A stretch of 64,000 nucleotides of DNA, taken from assembly GCA_904063045.1 (NCBI GenBank), contig CAJFCJ010000070.1, forward strand, positions 208,791 through 272,790, written 5' to 3'. The stretch's first letter is position 1; each line of letters opens with the position of its first letter. Shown here in pieces: positions 22,709 through 37,719 of the stretch. The translations under genes and the position numbers were made by a program. The notes beneath the pieces were generated by a model. That model ran no database searches and had not been told where the DNA came from. It saw only the letters and a list, made by a program, of their open reading frames with translations. The DNA comes from Dimorphilus gyrociliatus. Lineage: Eukaryota; Animalia; Annelida.

Positions 22709-23411
22709 ATTTTTTAAGAAACAAGCATTGCTTTTTACAGATAATTTGATATTTTGAATGGTTTTAAAACATCATTAACATTAATCAACCAACATTCTTC
22801 ATGGCTTCTTTCCACTTTTCCCCCCTTTATTATCATGCTATCAATGTCAATTGAAATAAACATTGCTGTAAAGTTGCTGTCTGATTGAATGTTTTCATGA
22901 AATCTGTATTTCTTTTTTCAATTTAAAACTTGCATCTAAGTGAATTTCTGATGAAATTTTTACTGTCTAATTGCATTTAAGTGAAAAATACTGATGATTT
23001 TACTATTTTGGAAGACAAAAGAGAAGAATATAAATGCTTTACAGTGATATTAATTATGATAAATGCATAGTCAATGACAGTTTTATATCTCGTTAGGTTC
23101 TAAGTAATACATATAAATAATTAACCAATGATGCTGTTAGGGGACAGTTGGGTAGAGTTTCTACTCCACTGAAATAAGAATTGAAGTTAATGGTAACTAT
23201 TAAAAATTTACTTACTGCACCATTTCATTAATGAAATAGTACAGTTGTCATAAAATGTTCAATTGGGCCTATATACAAGCATATTTCTATTACTAATTGG
23301 GGATACAATAAATTTTGTTAATGGTACTTTTTTTTATATGAATAAGCTTTAGATTTTACCTGAAGAAAAGTTAATTTTTTTCTTGTACATAATTTATTAG
23401 GTCTATCTCCA

Positions 23412-24350
23412 ATGTATTTATTACTCTTTACAGCATCAAGGATGCTGAATGCTAAAACTATTATATTATCATTGATGTACTGTAATCAAATTGTTGGTTT
23501 GTTTTTAAATAGTAATTTAATCCTAATTGGTATAATTACTAAAGACATGTGGAAATTGAAAAATTTTGGTGTGACTGTATTGACTGTTACTGATATTTTA
23601 TATTCAATAACTATCACTTGTGTCTTTCTTTTGGAAAATAGTCAAAAAAACTATTACCTTTGCCTCATTTCAAGTCAAATGGTCTTTTTGATTGTTGCAG
23701 CATCATCATTCACTGTAACGCTCATTATATTTGAAAAATTTATAGCAATCAAAAATCCTTTTAAATTTCATAAACTATGGACAAGAAAGACGGCTTTTGT
23801 TTTACTTGCCATTGTCTGGCTAATCAGTATAATTGTCAACTCACTTCCGGTTATGGGCTGGAATAAATATAGCAGTGTTTTAAAATCAAATGTTACTTTT
23901 ATATGTGACATTCATACTGTCTTTTCATTCTCGTATTTATACTTTTGGGGACTAATTGTTATTCTTCCTAATACCACTGCCAGTTTATTTTTCTATATAC
24001 CAATATTAAGAGCAGTAAGGAAACACAGAAGAGCAATTTCAGATGTGTCAAATGTTAAAAATATGAAAACCGAAGGGACTAGCATTAGAGTCATAACCTA
24101 TTTATTAATATTCAATTGGCTTTTATGGACTGTGCCAGTTGTAATGTCAATTGTTAATTATTATAGATTGAATGAAGGATACACTCAATTGGGACCAAAA
24201 CTTCAGATAATTACAAATTCAATATCAGCAATTGTTCTTTCAAATTCAACAATAAATCCACTTGTTCATGGTTATACAAAACCATCAGTAAGAATCCAAA
24301 GCAGGAAATTTTACACAAATCTTCTCAAAAAGATAACTTGTGCAAGATAA
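23412..24350 (+). CDS. Class A (rhodopsin-family) GPCR, single ORF of 312 aa
   Basis: Seven hydrophobic segments; IFEKFIAIKNPFKF (E/DRY-equivalent), LPVMGWN in TM4-ECL2, NSTINPLVHGY (NPxxY-like). Confidence 0.88.
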   Translation: MYLLLFTASRMLNAKTIILSLMYCNQIVGLFLNSNLILIGIITKDMWKLKNFGVTVLTVTDILYSITITCVFLLENSQKNYYLCLISSQMVFLIVAASSFTVTLIIFEKFIAIKNPFKFHKLWTRKTAFVLLAIVWLISIIVNSLPVMGWNKYSSVLKSNVTFICDIHTVFSFSYLYFWGLIVILPNTTASLFFYIPILRAVRKHRRAISDVSNVKNMKTEGTSIRVITYLLIFNWLLWTVPVVMSIVNYYRLNEGYTQLGPKLQIITNSISAIVLSNSTINPLVHGYTKPSVRIQSRKFYTNLLKKITCAR

Positions 24351-24859
24351 ATAATTGGAAAAATTAGAATAACTAAAAGAAACTTTGTCTCCTTTCTTTG
24401 AAACAATTTTCAAAGTAGATTCTTAAAATGAGGCTTGATCTTGAAATTTTATCACCAGTTCCTCTTTTAAAAACAGTGTGAGAAGTAAATGCAGCTATAC
24501 ATTTTTAGCTCTGATCCTAAGAGGAGAGCCTCCTAAGTAGAAATCAGTTGCTGTATTCTTCCTTCTAACCTTATTTCAATCTAAAACCTAGCCTTCAAAT
24601 TTCACATTTGTGAACGTTTTCTGTCGACCCCGAAAAATTACTATCAGAGAAAAGGATCTACAGACATCAAAGAAGACATATGCTGAGAGCCAGAAGAAAA
24701 ATTTTGATATATAGGATAATCTATTGGATGACAAAGCATCATTCTATTTGTGTGAGTACTTTGGCAAATTGTTAAATGATTTGGAGAGGACGAATTGGAT
24801 TGTGATGAACTACAAGTTTCAATAATTACAATACAACAAAGTACAAATACTTTAATGAT

Positions 24860-25318
24860 TTAATTAAACTTGAAAAATAATTTCCAAAAGTTTGTAGATA
24901 TATATACTGATGTCAGAGTTTCTGCTGATAATTCGAAAAAGTTACAAATTCTTCCTAAATCCACAAAACATTTTACGCGAAAAGCTAATTTTAACTCTGA
25001 AAATTTATCACCATAATATACATCATTGATCAATGGCTGATGAATTAAGGATTTCAAACCAACAGCTATAAGAATAGCAATACAACTACGAGATACATAG
25101 ATTTTCTGTAAGTCAGTGCACTTCAAAAGCAAGTTTTCCAAATAGATATTCTTGTGATTGGTTAATTTGATATTTAAAGAACAAAAATTGATCAATTCAA
25201 GAGATTTTGATGAAGATTTTAGACCATGACATATTCTCTCAAAACCTTTACCTGAAATTTTCAAACCATTTTGACTATAGGATTTTAATGATGTACATTC
25301 TCTGAGCAAATCACCCAA
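24860..25318 (-). pseudogene. RNI-like leucine-rich repeat fragment
   Basis: LKSYSQNGLKISGKGFERICHGLKSSSKSLELINF and LLLKCTDLQKIYVS resemble NLR/RNI-type LRRs; no complete gene seen. Confidence 0.5.
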
Positions 25319-26281
25319 ATATAAACATTCTTTTTAACTTGTTTTCAGAGAGTAGCTTTTTATAAATTTTAATTAAATCATACTCAGACTGCCCTCCAAT
25401 AGATATTCATTAAACGATTTAAACTACACTCATTACAGTTGACTATTTTAGATATCCAAATGCATTAATATTTACCATCTGCATATTTTATTATGAATAA
25501 CTTATGGGATTTATTAAAAAAAAAGGACAGCATAATGCTGTCCTTTGTCTAATTTTCCCTTCTATATTCCATTCAACTCCTACTCAAAGTTCTTACATTT
25601 TATGTAATTTTTTCTGAATTACTAAATATATAGGAAACTAAACAACTCATTTACTCAATAAATATTCTTTGGATGAAATACTGGCATTCTGCTTGTCAAA
25701 TTGACAATTACTAAGTCAACTATCAACCAAAGTATTCATTAATAATTGAAAATTGTCTTGAACAATTGGTATTCATACTCTGACAAACATACCTTTTAAT
25801 GTTTGAACAAGTCAATTCATTAAATTTTCAATGATTTTGTAAAGAGATTCATTTATATTTCATCTATATTCTAATCTTGAACATCAATAATCTTTAAAAA
25901 GATTAATGACTTTTGCACATGACCTATTTTTAAAGGGTACATCTGAGGGAATTCTCTATTGCATGGTGAAAGTGTTTATTTAGATGATTCCACTACTTGT
26001 AGGTTTGTTTTAACAATCAGATTAAATTATATTTGTTTACTTTTATACTATATCAATAGCATTGATGATGAAGTTATCATCAAGGAAAGCCTAACATCAC
26101 AGAGAGAGAGAGAGAGAGCTAAAGATATAATAAAACTGCTTGAAAACACATTCTAAACATTGTCTGGATTGTTTATTAACTATCACAAATATCCATTATC
26201 ATCTTCTTATCTAAAAAAATGCAATGATTATTTGGTTCGTAAAAGGTCAAGGTCAAGTGAATCAGGGTTACTTATCCTTTT

Positions 26282-27690
26282 TTATGCTATATTTGTTATA
26301 TCATAATAACATATTGACATGTTGTTTCCACTGTTGCCAAAGCCATTGATGTATACAGCTTGACAGTAATCAATCCCACAATTACAAGAATAAGTGCAAA
26401 ATTGATTATCATCCCCATCAATTAGCTGACAACTGTAGTGTTGCCCATAAAAAACTGGTTCAATTTGTATATCCATTGGTATATAGGCTATAATTCCAGT
26501 ATACGCTAGACTTTTTCTAATATCAATGCAATTTTGTAGATTTTCACCTTTTATTTTTATTTGAAAATTTTGAAAAATAGAATTAACTGAAGGCCAAGGA
26601 ATTCTTAATTTGAATATTTGATTATTGATTACAGGAACACAAGTAGAAGGTAATTCACTATCAGTGATAGTTTTCAATTTAATGTTATTCATACTTTTAA
26701 CATCATTGAAAATTGGTCCATTTGTACAAGAGTGAATTATCACATATTGTCGATCCAGTTCAGAATTAATATTACAACTATCAGCTTTTGAATTCAGTAG
26801 ACTGCATTGTTTAATCCTATGATCAGGAATGTATGTAATCATATCGCAATTTGATTGATTGTTGCACATAGTTTTACATTCTTGTATACCTTTTACTGAG
26901 TACATTTCTATTGGTCCACATTGAACTTTGTAACAAGTTTGAGATTTTTGAGCAAGTCTATGATAGGTTACTGTCTCCATCATATTTTCAATACCAGTTT
27001 CTCTGCAATAATCCGATGATAAAATACATACAGTTGTTGTAAGATTGTACTGCAAACAACTACAATCTGCATTTGACAAACATTTCCTTGTACATTCTTT
27101 CAAATCAATTCCACTAAATACTGACAAGATGGATGGTAATTCTGTTGCCCTAGTAACTTTTATAAATCCAGGTATAAAAGTGTTGTCATAGAAACACTGA
27201 CCATTGATAAAACAACAACCAAATCGATTGCAATTTGACATGGTTGTTTCAGATGTTCCACATAATTTTGTAGAAATAGTTTGACACTGTTGATTATTTA
27301 TTACAGTATCTGTAAAATGCAGCAAAGAAAAGTACTTGTTATTGTTAAAAACTTTATCAATTTCTCACCGCAGACTCCATCTTTTCGGCCAAAATATGTA
27401 TATTGATCATGATAAACAAAAGCCAAAGGTGCTGAGTATCTATCATCACTATTCAAATGACAACTTAAAGAATTTTTACCATATTCAAATGACCTGTAAA
27501 AAAAATGAACAAGGAAATAAAAATGATGTTTTTCTTTGTCTCTCAATCTTCCTTTTATTATTTACTTGCAATTTAAATTTTTAATGCATCGCAATTTACA
27601 ATCTTCCAATGGCAAATTTCCAACAAATACATTAAGACTATTTATTTTGTAACTTTCAACCACTTCAGTAAAGCACACTGTAAATAGGTT
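26282..27690 (-). CDS. Multi-exon PAN/apple-domain protein with a trefoil-like Cys module; 5' exons unresolved
   Basis: ECTRKCLSNADCSCLQY, ECKTMCNNQSNCDMITY and an upstream DCKLRCIKNLNC exon (PAN pattern); CNRFGCCFINGQCFY (trefoil-like); acceptor at about 27310. Confidence 0.7.
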
Positions 27691-28983
27691 AAAAACAGAG
27701 GAAAATGAGAAAAAAAGGAGAAAGAGAAGATTTTAGGAAAAAAATTTTCTTACTATCATGTCGAGATTGAACATTTTCTAATCTTCCTATCAAAAATATC
27801 AACAAGCAAGAAGTATGTATGATATAGGTCATTGTTTTCTTTCTGTTAGAGTGAGGGAGAAAAGGGGAACTAAGATTACTGCCAAACCCTCTAGCAACTC
27901 TGCTAATAAATTTTCTATGTTCACCTTTAGGCCTAAAGAAATGTAATTTTTTCAACAATGAATTCAAATTAAATAGCCAATCATAGTAGAGAACTTTTGT
28001 TAATGTAAAGATTTCCTAATAAAAGATGATATTTGATTGCAAAAAGTCTTTAATTGATCTTTCTACAGTTCTTTTTGTTTTCATTGGAAAATTTTTTAAT
28101 GGAATTCTGAATATTATAAATAATTAATTATGGTACTGGTTGCTATAGTTTTTTGATTGACCTATATTTCGTATCTGACACAGAAAACATACAAGGGTGA
28201 AAGTGTAGGAATGATGGAAAAATTGTGAGCTAGACAGTATTTGGAAAACAGAAGAGAATATTATGGAAATGAATAGGATGATAATATAAATATAGGTGTA
28301 AATGATAGAAATATGAATGAGAATGCAGATAGTTCAGTTTTCTAGCCATCACTTTATGAGTACTTTATTCATCTTGGCTGAATAAGGATTGGTGGAAGTT
28401 GTATATCAACGTCTCCTTGGCACTGTTGAGGGGTACAACTCCTTTCAATGGATATTGCCCTTCTATTTGTGAGTTGAAAATTATACAAATAAAATATTAT
28501 ATCTAAATTTTCCTATATACCAGTTTTTAATTTTATATTTAATACTTTTCACACTGCAATATATAAAAAAGAGATTTGTTAATAAATCAACTAATTCTTA
28601 TTATCGCTCATTTCCTGTTATCACTAGAACAGTTATCTATAGTATATCTACTGACTAGAAATGAAAGTAATATTTGAATAAATTGTTAATGTTTTTTTTT
28701 CTTCTATTTTCAAAATCAATTTATTATGATTAAAAAATGTCAAAAATGCACACGTTGCATAGATTTTTTTACAGGTTTTGTGTTTTTTGGATGATATTTG
28801 TCTTGTTTATAATATGATACTCTCTTAAGAATTTTCTCAACAACAAACCTGATTGAAAGATGTTTTCTTGCTTTTCTGCAAAAAAATATAATTTAAAATA
28901 TATTTAAATGAATTCAAAGTTGCTATATTTGTTTTGTAGAAAGCATAATATAAAATTTGTTTATTTTTTTTGTCATTTAAAAT

Positions 28984-31900
28984 TTAAAATTTTTTTATTT
29001 TTTTTAAAATAATTAAAAAATGGCTTATTAAACAGAAACTACTCTTAATAATTTTTTGAAAATAGATATTAAAATGATCAATGGAAGAGTGTATTGTTAA
29101 ATTGAAGAAAAACAGATGAACTGTTATCAGTATATCATTGATATGAAGTAAATAAAGCTTATAATTACATATTCCAATTTTGTAATAGTAGATCATAGTG
29201 TTTAGAAGAATACAAATTGTTGATATTATGAAAAATGTATAGAAATATCCTTGAACTATTGAAACAAATTGTATTCTCTGTAATGTGTAGATTCTATTAT
29301 TCCAATGGCAATTTATAGATAGTAATTTTTCATTTTCAATAATTGAACAGAGGAATTTGTAATTTGTTTGTAAATATTCAAGTGATTTTAGATTTTTGAT
29401 TTTTGTTTCATTGTTAATGAAAATAGCATTTTGTCAATAATAAACATCTTTAAAACTCTTAGATTTTTTAAATATTTAAAACAATGTTCTTCTATACTCT
29501 CCAAAAGATTTCCATTTAAATATAGGTGTAACACATTTATTAGTTGTTTAAATGCACTTGATAATAGTATCTTAATCCCATTATATGATAAATCTAAAGT
29601 AAGCAGATTAACAAGATTATCCAACCTTGATTTCCCAAAATTAGATATCATATTTCTACTGATATTTAATAATTGTAAATTCTCTGGTACCATTAGTAGT
29701 TGGACACTTGAAAATTGTGTCATTACATTCATGCTAATATCCAAAATATGAATATTTGAATACTGCATTAATGATAATTTCTCTTGGCTTAAATTGCACA
29801 TTCACAAACTTAACTCTGTTAATTCATAATTTGTATTGAGAAGATCAAAACCAAATTGTTGTAATTTAGTAATTTTTAATGATTTTATTGATTTTGGAAT
29901 AATGGAAATAGGGTTAGAGCATATCATTTGAAATGGACTTTTACAAATACAAGAATACGGACAATTAAATATTTCGCAAAATGTTTCGTCAGATGCGTAA
30001 AAACAATCTAAAATTCCATCACATATTTGAGAATCTTTTAAAAATCTTTTCTCTCTGCTACATTTAAATAAACCCTTAGGAAAAAATTTATCTATACAGT
30101 AAAAAGCAACTACTGTACTGATGGCATTGTAAGAAATTTATCAAAAGTTTTAACAAACTTACCACATAGTTGTTCATCATCTCCCAAAAGACAATCAGAA
30201 ATTCCATTGCAAACCCTTTTTGGTTGAATACAGTAATTGTGTTCTCTATATTTGTATTCCCCACATTTACATTTATTTGACATTGGACAATCTTTGAGGT
30301 CATTTAAAGGTGCAAATGGTTTTGAAAGAAGAAAATCCATGCTATTATATTTCATGGTACATGTTTTATTTCTTTTCAATTGATAATTAAAAATAATAGA
30401 ATTTCTTTTTTTATTATTCTTAAATTTAAAACTGAAAACCAAGTTTCTATTATCTTTACAATTTATAAAAAGTTCATCACTAGAATCATAACAGTCAATC
30501 TTCCAATCACATTGATAAAACTTTGGAATACATTCTGTATTTGAACATTGAAATTGGACTTTTCCACATTTTTTACAATCTTTAAATGTTTCAAAAATGA
30601 CAAAAAAAAAATAAATTAATACTAAAACAAAACAAAAAATAATCTATTTATAGAAACTTTTAAAATTTTCATCACTATAATCAAAGCAATCTCTCTCATT
30701 ATCACAAAATTTACTACTTTGAATGCAGTTTTCATTATCACACTTCCTGTTTTTTTTTTTGAGGATATAGAAAAATGAAATTTATTCATAGATTTAAAAA
30801 TTCAGTGAAAGAATTTTACTTCTCATCTGCTTTACATATTGGAAATGCTAAAAACAAAAAAAGAAGAGAAAAATAGATATAATGATGCTTAATGATTAAC
30901 AGAAAGTGTCTGTCTCTCTGGACAATTTCTGGTAAAAAAGACAATTAAGTACTGCAAAATTCCTTATCTTCATCAAACAAAGAATCATTATGATAATCAC
31001 ATATATATAATGGATTAATAGTGTCATTTAGCTTTGTATGTATTATCTGTATAGGACTACAATTCCATTCATCACTTTTATCCAAACAATCAGAATATCC
31101 ATCACATATTGATTTTTTACTAATGCAGTACAAATCAATTTTGCAGATAAATCCATAATTATTGCATTTTGGTAAAGTATTATTTGTACAAATTTGCAAA
31201 ACTGGCACATGTGCTTGTCCTTTGTATTTGCCTGAATCTAAAAAAAAAAGGTTAGCATTGTTCGGATGAAAACAAACAATTTTATCTCCGTTCTCCATTA
31301 TACCAATGCTGACAAACCTATTTTAATTTGGCATATAAGTTTTGAAAATTTTGATATTGAACAATCCACCCATCTGAATACACTTTCAACAGAGATATCT
31401 CTATACCATTTCTTCTCAATCTTTATATAAGGGCATAAGTTTTTATGAGTAGATTTCTTAATCTTTTCTTGAAAGTATATGTTGTTATTAGGCCTACAGA
31501 AAAATTTATATATATAGATGTTCTTCTGACTGGTAGTACATCATTACAAACAGCAAATTAAACCAATAGTATCCAATTGTATCGTAAGGTACATTAAAGC
31601 TATTGACATCAATAGTTCTCCGATTGGATAAAATTTTGTTCATTTTACCTGCAATATTTAATGATAATTGATAGGTTATTGGCTGAAATCAAACATGCAC
31701 TGACAAACACACCTATAGGAAAACTGCCCCAATTCTTTGAAGCAATATGACCCTGTACAACTGCAAGGAGGAAAGAAATTTGTCTTTTATCTACTGGAGA
31801 TACAACTCCCCCATTTCTTTTACAAATACTAGTTTGCTCTTCATATGTTAATTTTTTACCATATTGATGATAGTATATACAACTATCATCAATATGATAA

Positions 31901-33206
31901 ACAAATTTAGTAGTTGGCAGTTGAGGACAAACTGTGAAAAAAAAATAAAAACCAAACATTGACACTGTAAATTTAAATTGATTTATTTTTCAATTTAGAC
32001 TGTTATTTTTACATTTAGTTTCAAGATTATTACAAGCAAGATGTAATGGAATTTGTGATAATTTAAATAGTTTATCATCAAAGAGATTTTGAAAGTAACA
32101 ATTGTCAATATGAGTAGCATTTCTTGGACAAGATATTGAAAACATAAATGGTTTGAAAGCATGACTTTCATTCATTTTAAATATCAAAAATCCATTTTGA
32201 TAACCTAAAGTCTTACACAGTACCTACAAACAAAAAACAACTCATGAATAACCTAGTTCAATGTTTCAACCATTACTTACTGTAGCCTCATGTTTCCTAA
32301 ATCCATATATTGATATATGAAACCATAAATGCCTATACTTTACCTTTAAGATACCTTCTTTCTGTATTGTTAGATTATTAGTCATGCCTGTAGATATGAT
32401 CCTTATGAAATAGCCTAAACTAGAAAAAGAAGATTTTTTTGTAGCTAAAAAGAAATGTTAGTTGTTTGTTTACAAAAACCTTGACTGAAAATTATTGAAT
32501 AGTTATTTTCATTTGTATAGTTTCTGCATATTACTGGTACATAAACATAATGATATTTGGTAAAATGTCTACTACATTCAAACAGATTCAATGATTTTGG
32601 TGAACATTGAAAATATTCTCTTTCATTTTGATATTGTATATATGAATCTTCCACAACATATTTCAACTTGCTAACTTTTGTTTTAAACTCCATTGAAAAA
32701 TGATTACAAACTGTTCTTGCATAATTAAGTCTTTGTTCTATTCCATTTTTGTTATTTATGAAAATTAATTGAGGAGAATGATTTATCCAATTAATTAACA
32801 CAAATCTTTTTGTTTTTTTATCAGATAAGAACATCTCTGATTCATGTACAAGTTTGAAATTTGCAACATTCTTACTCTCAATGGTACAAGATATATTATA
32901 GATTTCATGGGCATCATATTCAAGTTTTACAAATTTTTCATTAAAAGTAAATACATATTGACTACTTATCTTTTCAGTATTCAAAAGAAAATTTATTTTT
33001 GTAAAGAAAAATCCATCTTTGCACAAGTTTAATAAACTCTTTTTATCGCTCAATTTAAACTTATAAGATGTTAAATCATATCTTGTGTACAATATATCTT
33101 TTTTATGTAATACATCATTTAGCTTTAGTACTGTATACAGGACTGCAAAAAACATATTTTTTTTTTTAAAATGCAATATGAACGGACTTTTGCGTTTTAC
33201 AGGCAT
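28984..33206 (-). CDS. Multi-exon LDLa / C-type lectin / LRR receptor of the GRL101-RXFP type; 7TM part divergent or decayed
   Basis: LRRs (LDLSYNGIKIL, LYLNGNLLESI); LDLa repeats (CNGISDCLLGDDEQLC, CDGYSDCLDKSDEWNC); lectin-like CIYYH...ICKRNGG; TM2-TM3-like segment in 28984..29196. Exon structure was not fully resolved. Confidence 0.55.
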
Positions 33207-33219
33207 GTAAATTGGTAGG

Positions 33220-34880
33220 AACGATCCAAGCAGATTTCGAACATGTAGCTACATGTAGTGTAAGAATGAAAGGAAGAATGATCAAGTTGTGCTAATCAAC
33301 TTTACACGTTTGACAATTTTGAACATATATATCTTAGCATTGAGAGCATTTATAATCTTCATTATAGGAGCATTCCTTGCAAAATTTTGGACACTGCCCA
33401 CATTCGACATCATTTAAGTAATAGCCATTTGAACATGTTCAGCATACTAGAGTTCTGATATCGGAAATCATTTCACAAGATTGGCATTCCTCGTATCCGC
33501 ATTTACTGCAAATTGAGCCTTTCAAACCATACGTAGGAAGACATTTGGTACAGGAAACAGTTCCATCGCTTAATGAACAATTTTCGCATCCTTCTGGGCA
33601 TTATGAACATAATTCTCATCCGTTTTGTAAAATATGGAATTGCAATTGAAGCAAGTAAATTTTTTTAATTGTAAAACCATAAGAGCATCCATTACAGCCA
33701 GCTGGACAGAAAATGCAAGATACTACCAACCAATACACGAATTGATAAATCGCACAAAGACCATTCTCTCCTACTGAATTCATTTCCTGAAATCCGTGTC
33801 TCTAAAAGCTTCAGATGAACAGCCAAAAGCTAAATATATTGCTCTTGTTTGATCTCCAGGGTCTATTCTATACATTCAGTGCACGGCGCTGGACTTTGTA
33901 GACATTTGATACAAGTCCCAGAAATGTTCAATACATAGCCAACCTTACAAAAGGTACATTTTGTATTGCCAGATGAATCAGTACTACATTTTGAACAGCC
34001 TTCACGACATTAAGTACAAGTTGGATTAGTTGCAGGTGACGAGGATTGTATTATTGCGTATTCGCTGCCAAGTTACAAACTTTACAATTAGACGTTACAG
34101 CCCAGGACCAGTTTGACAGCTAATACAGGCTGACCTATCAGCTGTTAGTGCATAATTAGGATTACATTTTTTACATTTGCATACGTCATTGTCAAGTTTC
34201 TCTTCTACGCAAAATGGTTTACCAGGTGCCAAGCAACTGATGCAGTCAGTCTGTTGGCTATTTACGAGACTAACTGCGGAACAATCGCAAACACAGGCAA
34301 CCTTTGTTCCTCCCGTGAATAGTTTTTGTACACGGAATACATGAAAAATAGTCACTAGCGATAGCACCAGTTGAGCATTGAGAACAACTAAAAGTGTACT
34401 TTTTCAATCTGATGCTGTGAGTTGTGCAATCAGCAATTTTTGAAGTTTCTATACTACCACGTTGATTGGGATGCTTAAAATATCAGCCATGTCAGCTGTA
34501 CATCTTCCGCTAATGCACTTACCTCCCGATAGAACTGCAAGTTGGGCTGTTATATTTTTGCTCACAACCAGGCAATACTATTGGTGTGCTCTCTGTATGC
34601 CACATCCCACTCCAATAGTTAGGATAGAACCAAATATGGCATGAAAATTTTTGACTGTGAATCCGCTTTCGCATTTAGTGCAATGACATATGCTACCCCT
34701 CTGCTCTTGTAAAATTTCCTCCCAGTTGGGCGACTTCTCTGGAAGACCAGGTGAACAACTGTTTCCTGACCTACCATCAATACACTTTAAGCAATATTGA
34801 CCAGGATTGTCTACTAGGCAAGATAGACAGTTGTTTGTGCAAGGTGTGCAGTAGCTGAACTCAAATAGAATCTACAGCAG
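33220..34880 (-). pseudogene. Cys-rich furin-like repeat gene with frameshifts
   Basis: CISCLAPGKPFC...CKCKKCNPNYALTADRSACISC; similar CxxC repeats in shifting frames across the region. Confidence 0.55.
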
Positions 34881-37719
34881 GATGTTAAAAGATGGTACAT
34901 TTGCTACTTGTGAAGGACTAATTCAATTCTCAAATACGTTGAAAAACGTCAGTTTGTGTAATTGTAATTTTAGAGATGAAAATTGTAAAAAAAATGAGAG
35001 AAAAGTTAAAACCATTCGCTTAATTTGAAAAATTAGATTTGAGTGTAAATAATGAAATAAGAAATGAGTTTTCTTTTGATATTTCTCAACAAATTTTTAA
35101 TTTAAATATTCAAACAAAAACTGGAAGATAATCTCAAAAGAATAAAAGAAAAAAATGGAAATTGAATTGTAATACAAGTGATTTAAAATATTGTTTATTA
35201 TTCTTTCATTTGTAGGTTAGGGAAGCATAAGAGTCTCTCTCTCATTCATCGCATAAAGCACCCGATAACAATTGATCTCTGAGGATCTGAAATTTGCTGT
35301 AGGCAATTCAAGGGAATTTTATTACAGTAAACAAACAACTTCCAAGAGTTACCAATAGCAACGCAACAAGTATCTATGGCTACTGTAACTGTTTCATAGA
35401 TTGAATCATCAACACAGCTATGGTATATATTAATTTACAAAACACAATTAGTAAACATGGTAGCCAGATGCATGTATGATAGCCACATCCAAACAATTCA
35501 ATTACTATTATACGCATCACAATTTGATTAAAATTCAACTGAATTCTTTTCACCATTTTGTATTCTTTCTCTTTACGTAGAATTTGAGATTCGCTCTACT
35601 ACGTTCAATGAAATTGGCTTGATTGTTCCTGTAAGCAGTTGTTATTTTCCATTGAATATGTGAATTTCAATTGAGCAAGTATGCTCAATGTTTAGACTTT
35701 TAGATGTTTACAAACCTAAAGGCTTTTTCAAAATAAATATATTAATATCAGTAAAATCTGCGACCGAATTATCAATTGTTTTGAAGGGAGTAATGAGATT
35801 TTCTGCCTAAAGACAAATCACTCTTGTCCCTATTCCTGCACCTGTCCACTACCATTTGAAATTTATTGCCAAACTGGGAATGAATTGTTCAACTTTGAAT
35901 CAATATCTTCCCTAAAATTCAAAAGAGTATACGTAAAAAATTCTTTAAATTTAACTGGCTCAATTCAATCGTTTGAATTGATTAATTTAAAAATTCAAAA
36001 TTCAAAAATTGATAATCCACTTAAATATTTGATAATTTAAAATTCAAAAGTTAAAGAAAAACTCCACCAACTTTGGTGGTTAGAAGAAGAAGAGAAGTCT
36101 GGTTTTAAGTTCAAGAATAGTCTATTTGAATTGTTTTAAAAATTTTAAATCCATCATTAATATGAATAGTTTGGAAGATTTTCCCAGGAAAAGTGAATTT
36201 TCAAATAGCGAGATTATCTCTTGAATTCCAAAATTTGTCTAACAACAATACATACACTCATGAAAATAGAAGTAAAACAACAACCTTCTATTCAACTGAT
36301 GAAAACCTATTTAAAGATTACAAAAGTACAAAAAAACTGGTAGTGGAAGAAAAGAATATTTTTCTCTCTTTTGAATATTGGCTGAAAGTATAATGTCATT
36401 TTGATTAAACAATTAACACCTAATATCATTCATATTCCTTTTTCTTTTAACCAAAAGTCTCTTCCATCACTGAAAAACTGCTGCGGAAGTCTCTCCAACA
36501 GATGTCAGCCTATATATTTAACAAAAAAGTGGAAATAGAACATTTCAGTTGTCGAAAATGTGAAAGTTTAATTGATGCGTTAAAGACAAAGATAAATGAT
36601 GCATTCATGTTTTGGAATGAGGATTGTATTAGAATTCTTCTCTGGTTGGATAAAAGTTATAGACACAACAATTGGCAATTCAAAACCAACTATGATTTTG
36701 GGTTCATTCTAGACAGAATTCAGCAGGATGATTGATAGTTGTACCAGCATTCAAGTACAGTTCAGACCATATTCAATTGATGAATAATGGCGAACTAATT
36801 GAGCATCAATCACTCTATGTTCCTCTCGTCCAAACAGCAAGCACCAATTATAATTTTCCAGTTGAAATCAAGGAAAATGTTGGCGAAAAATTGATTATAG
36901 AAAAATATAGATTTTCTGTTTCTTCATGAGTACAATTAAAGGGCAAAGAGATTAAGTCTTATGATAATCAATATCATAATTCTCTTTATTTAGCCAGATT
37001 GCGGAAACATTCTAAAGAGTTTCCTTTTCAGGATGCCTGCTTTCATGCAACATCAACAACTGATTGATTTGAAGTGATATGATTACCAATTCAGCTTTAG
37101 GGGCTATCATCAGTTCCCAACTCGAATCTGAAGGCTATCTTAAATCATTCAACTTGGCAGTTACTTTCAACTATGAAATGTTGTCAGCTAAATTAGAGGA
37201 TAGTAATGGCGATGTCATAAAATTTATAGCCTCAATTGAAAGATCAACATTCTGAACCTTGAAAACAATGCTACTACAATGTGTTCAATGATAGAGAATA
37301 CTGTTACAACTCTTAATGAAACAACAAATTAAAGAGCGGAATCTATTGTTCTTATTGAATTTGATCTATTATATCACCTAGTTTCATTGAAAATTCAATT
37401 TTCAAATACAAATAGAGAAGAGTGATTGGTTAAAGGGAGAGTAATGATTGGAATTCACTAGACAAATATAGAGTTGCAAAATTAGATCATCAAAATTCTT
37501 CTAAGCATCGAGGTGAAGATAAACAGCGTTCTCTCCATCACCGAATTGATAATCTGAAACCTCAGTCTGATTTTAAATATTAGGGATGGATAGCAAATGA
37601 ATATCACTACTGATGATAGTTGTCAAGAGGCTCTTTTTTGCTTTTTTATTGATCAATTAAACATTCATCTATTCCAAATTCATTTAACCCTCCTTTGATA
37701 AATATATTTATTTATTTAT

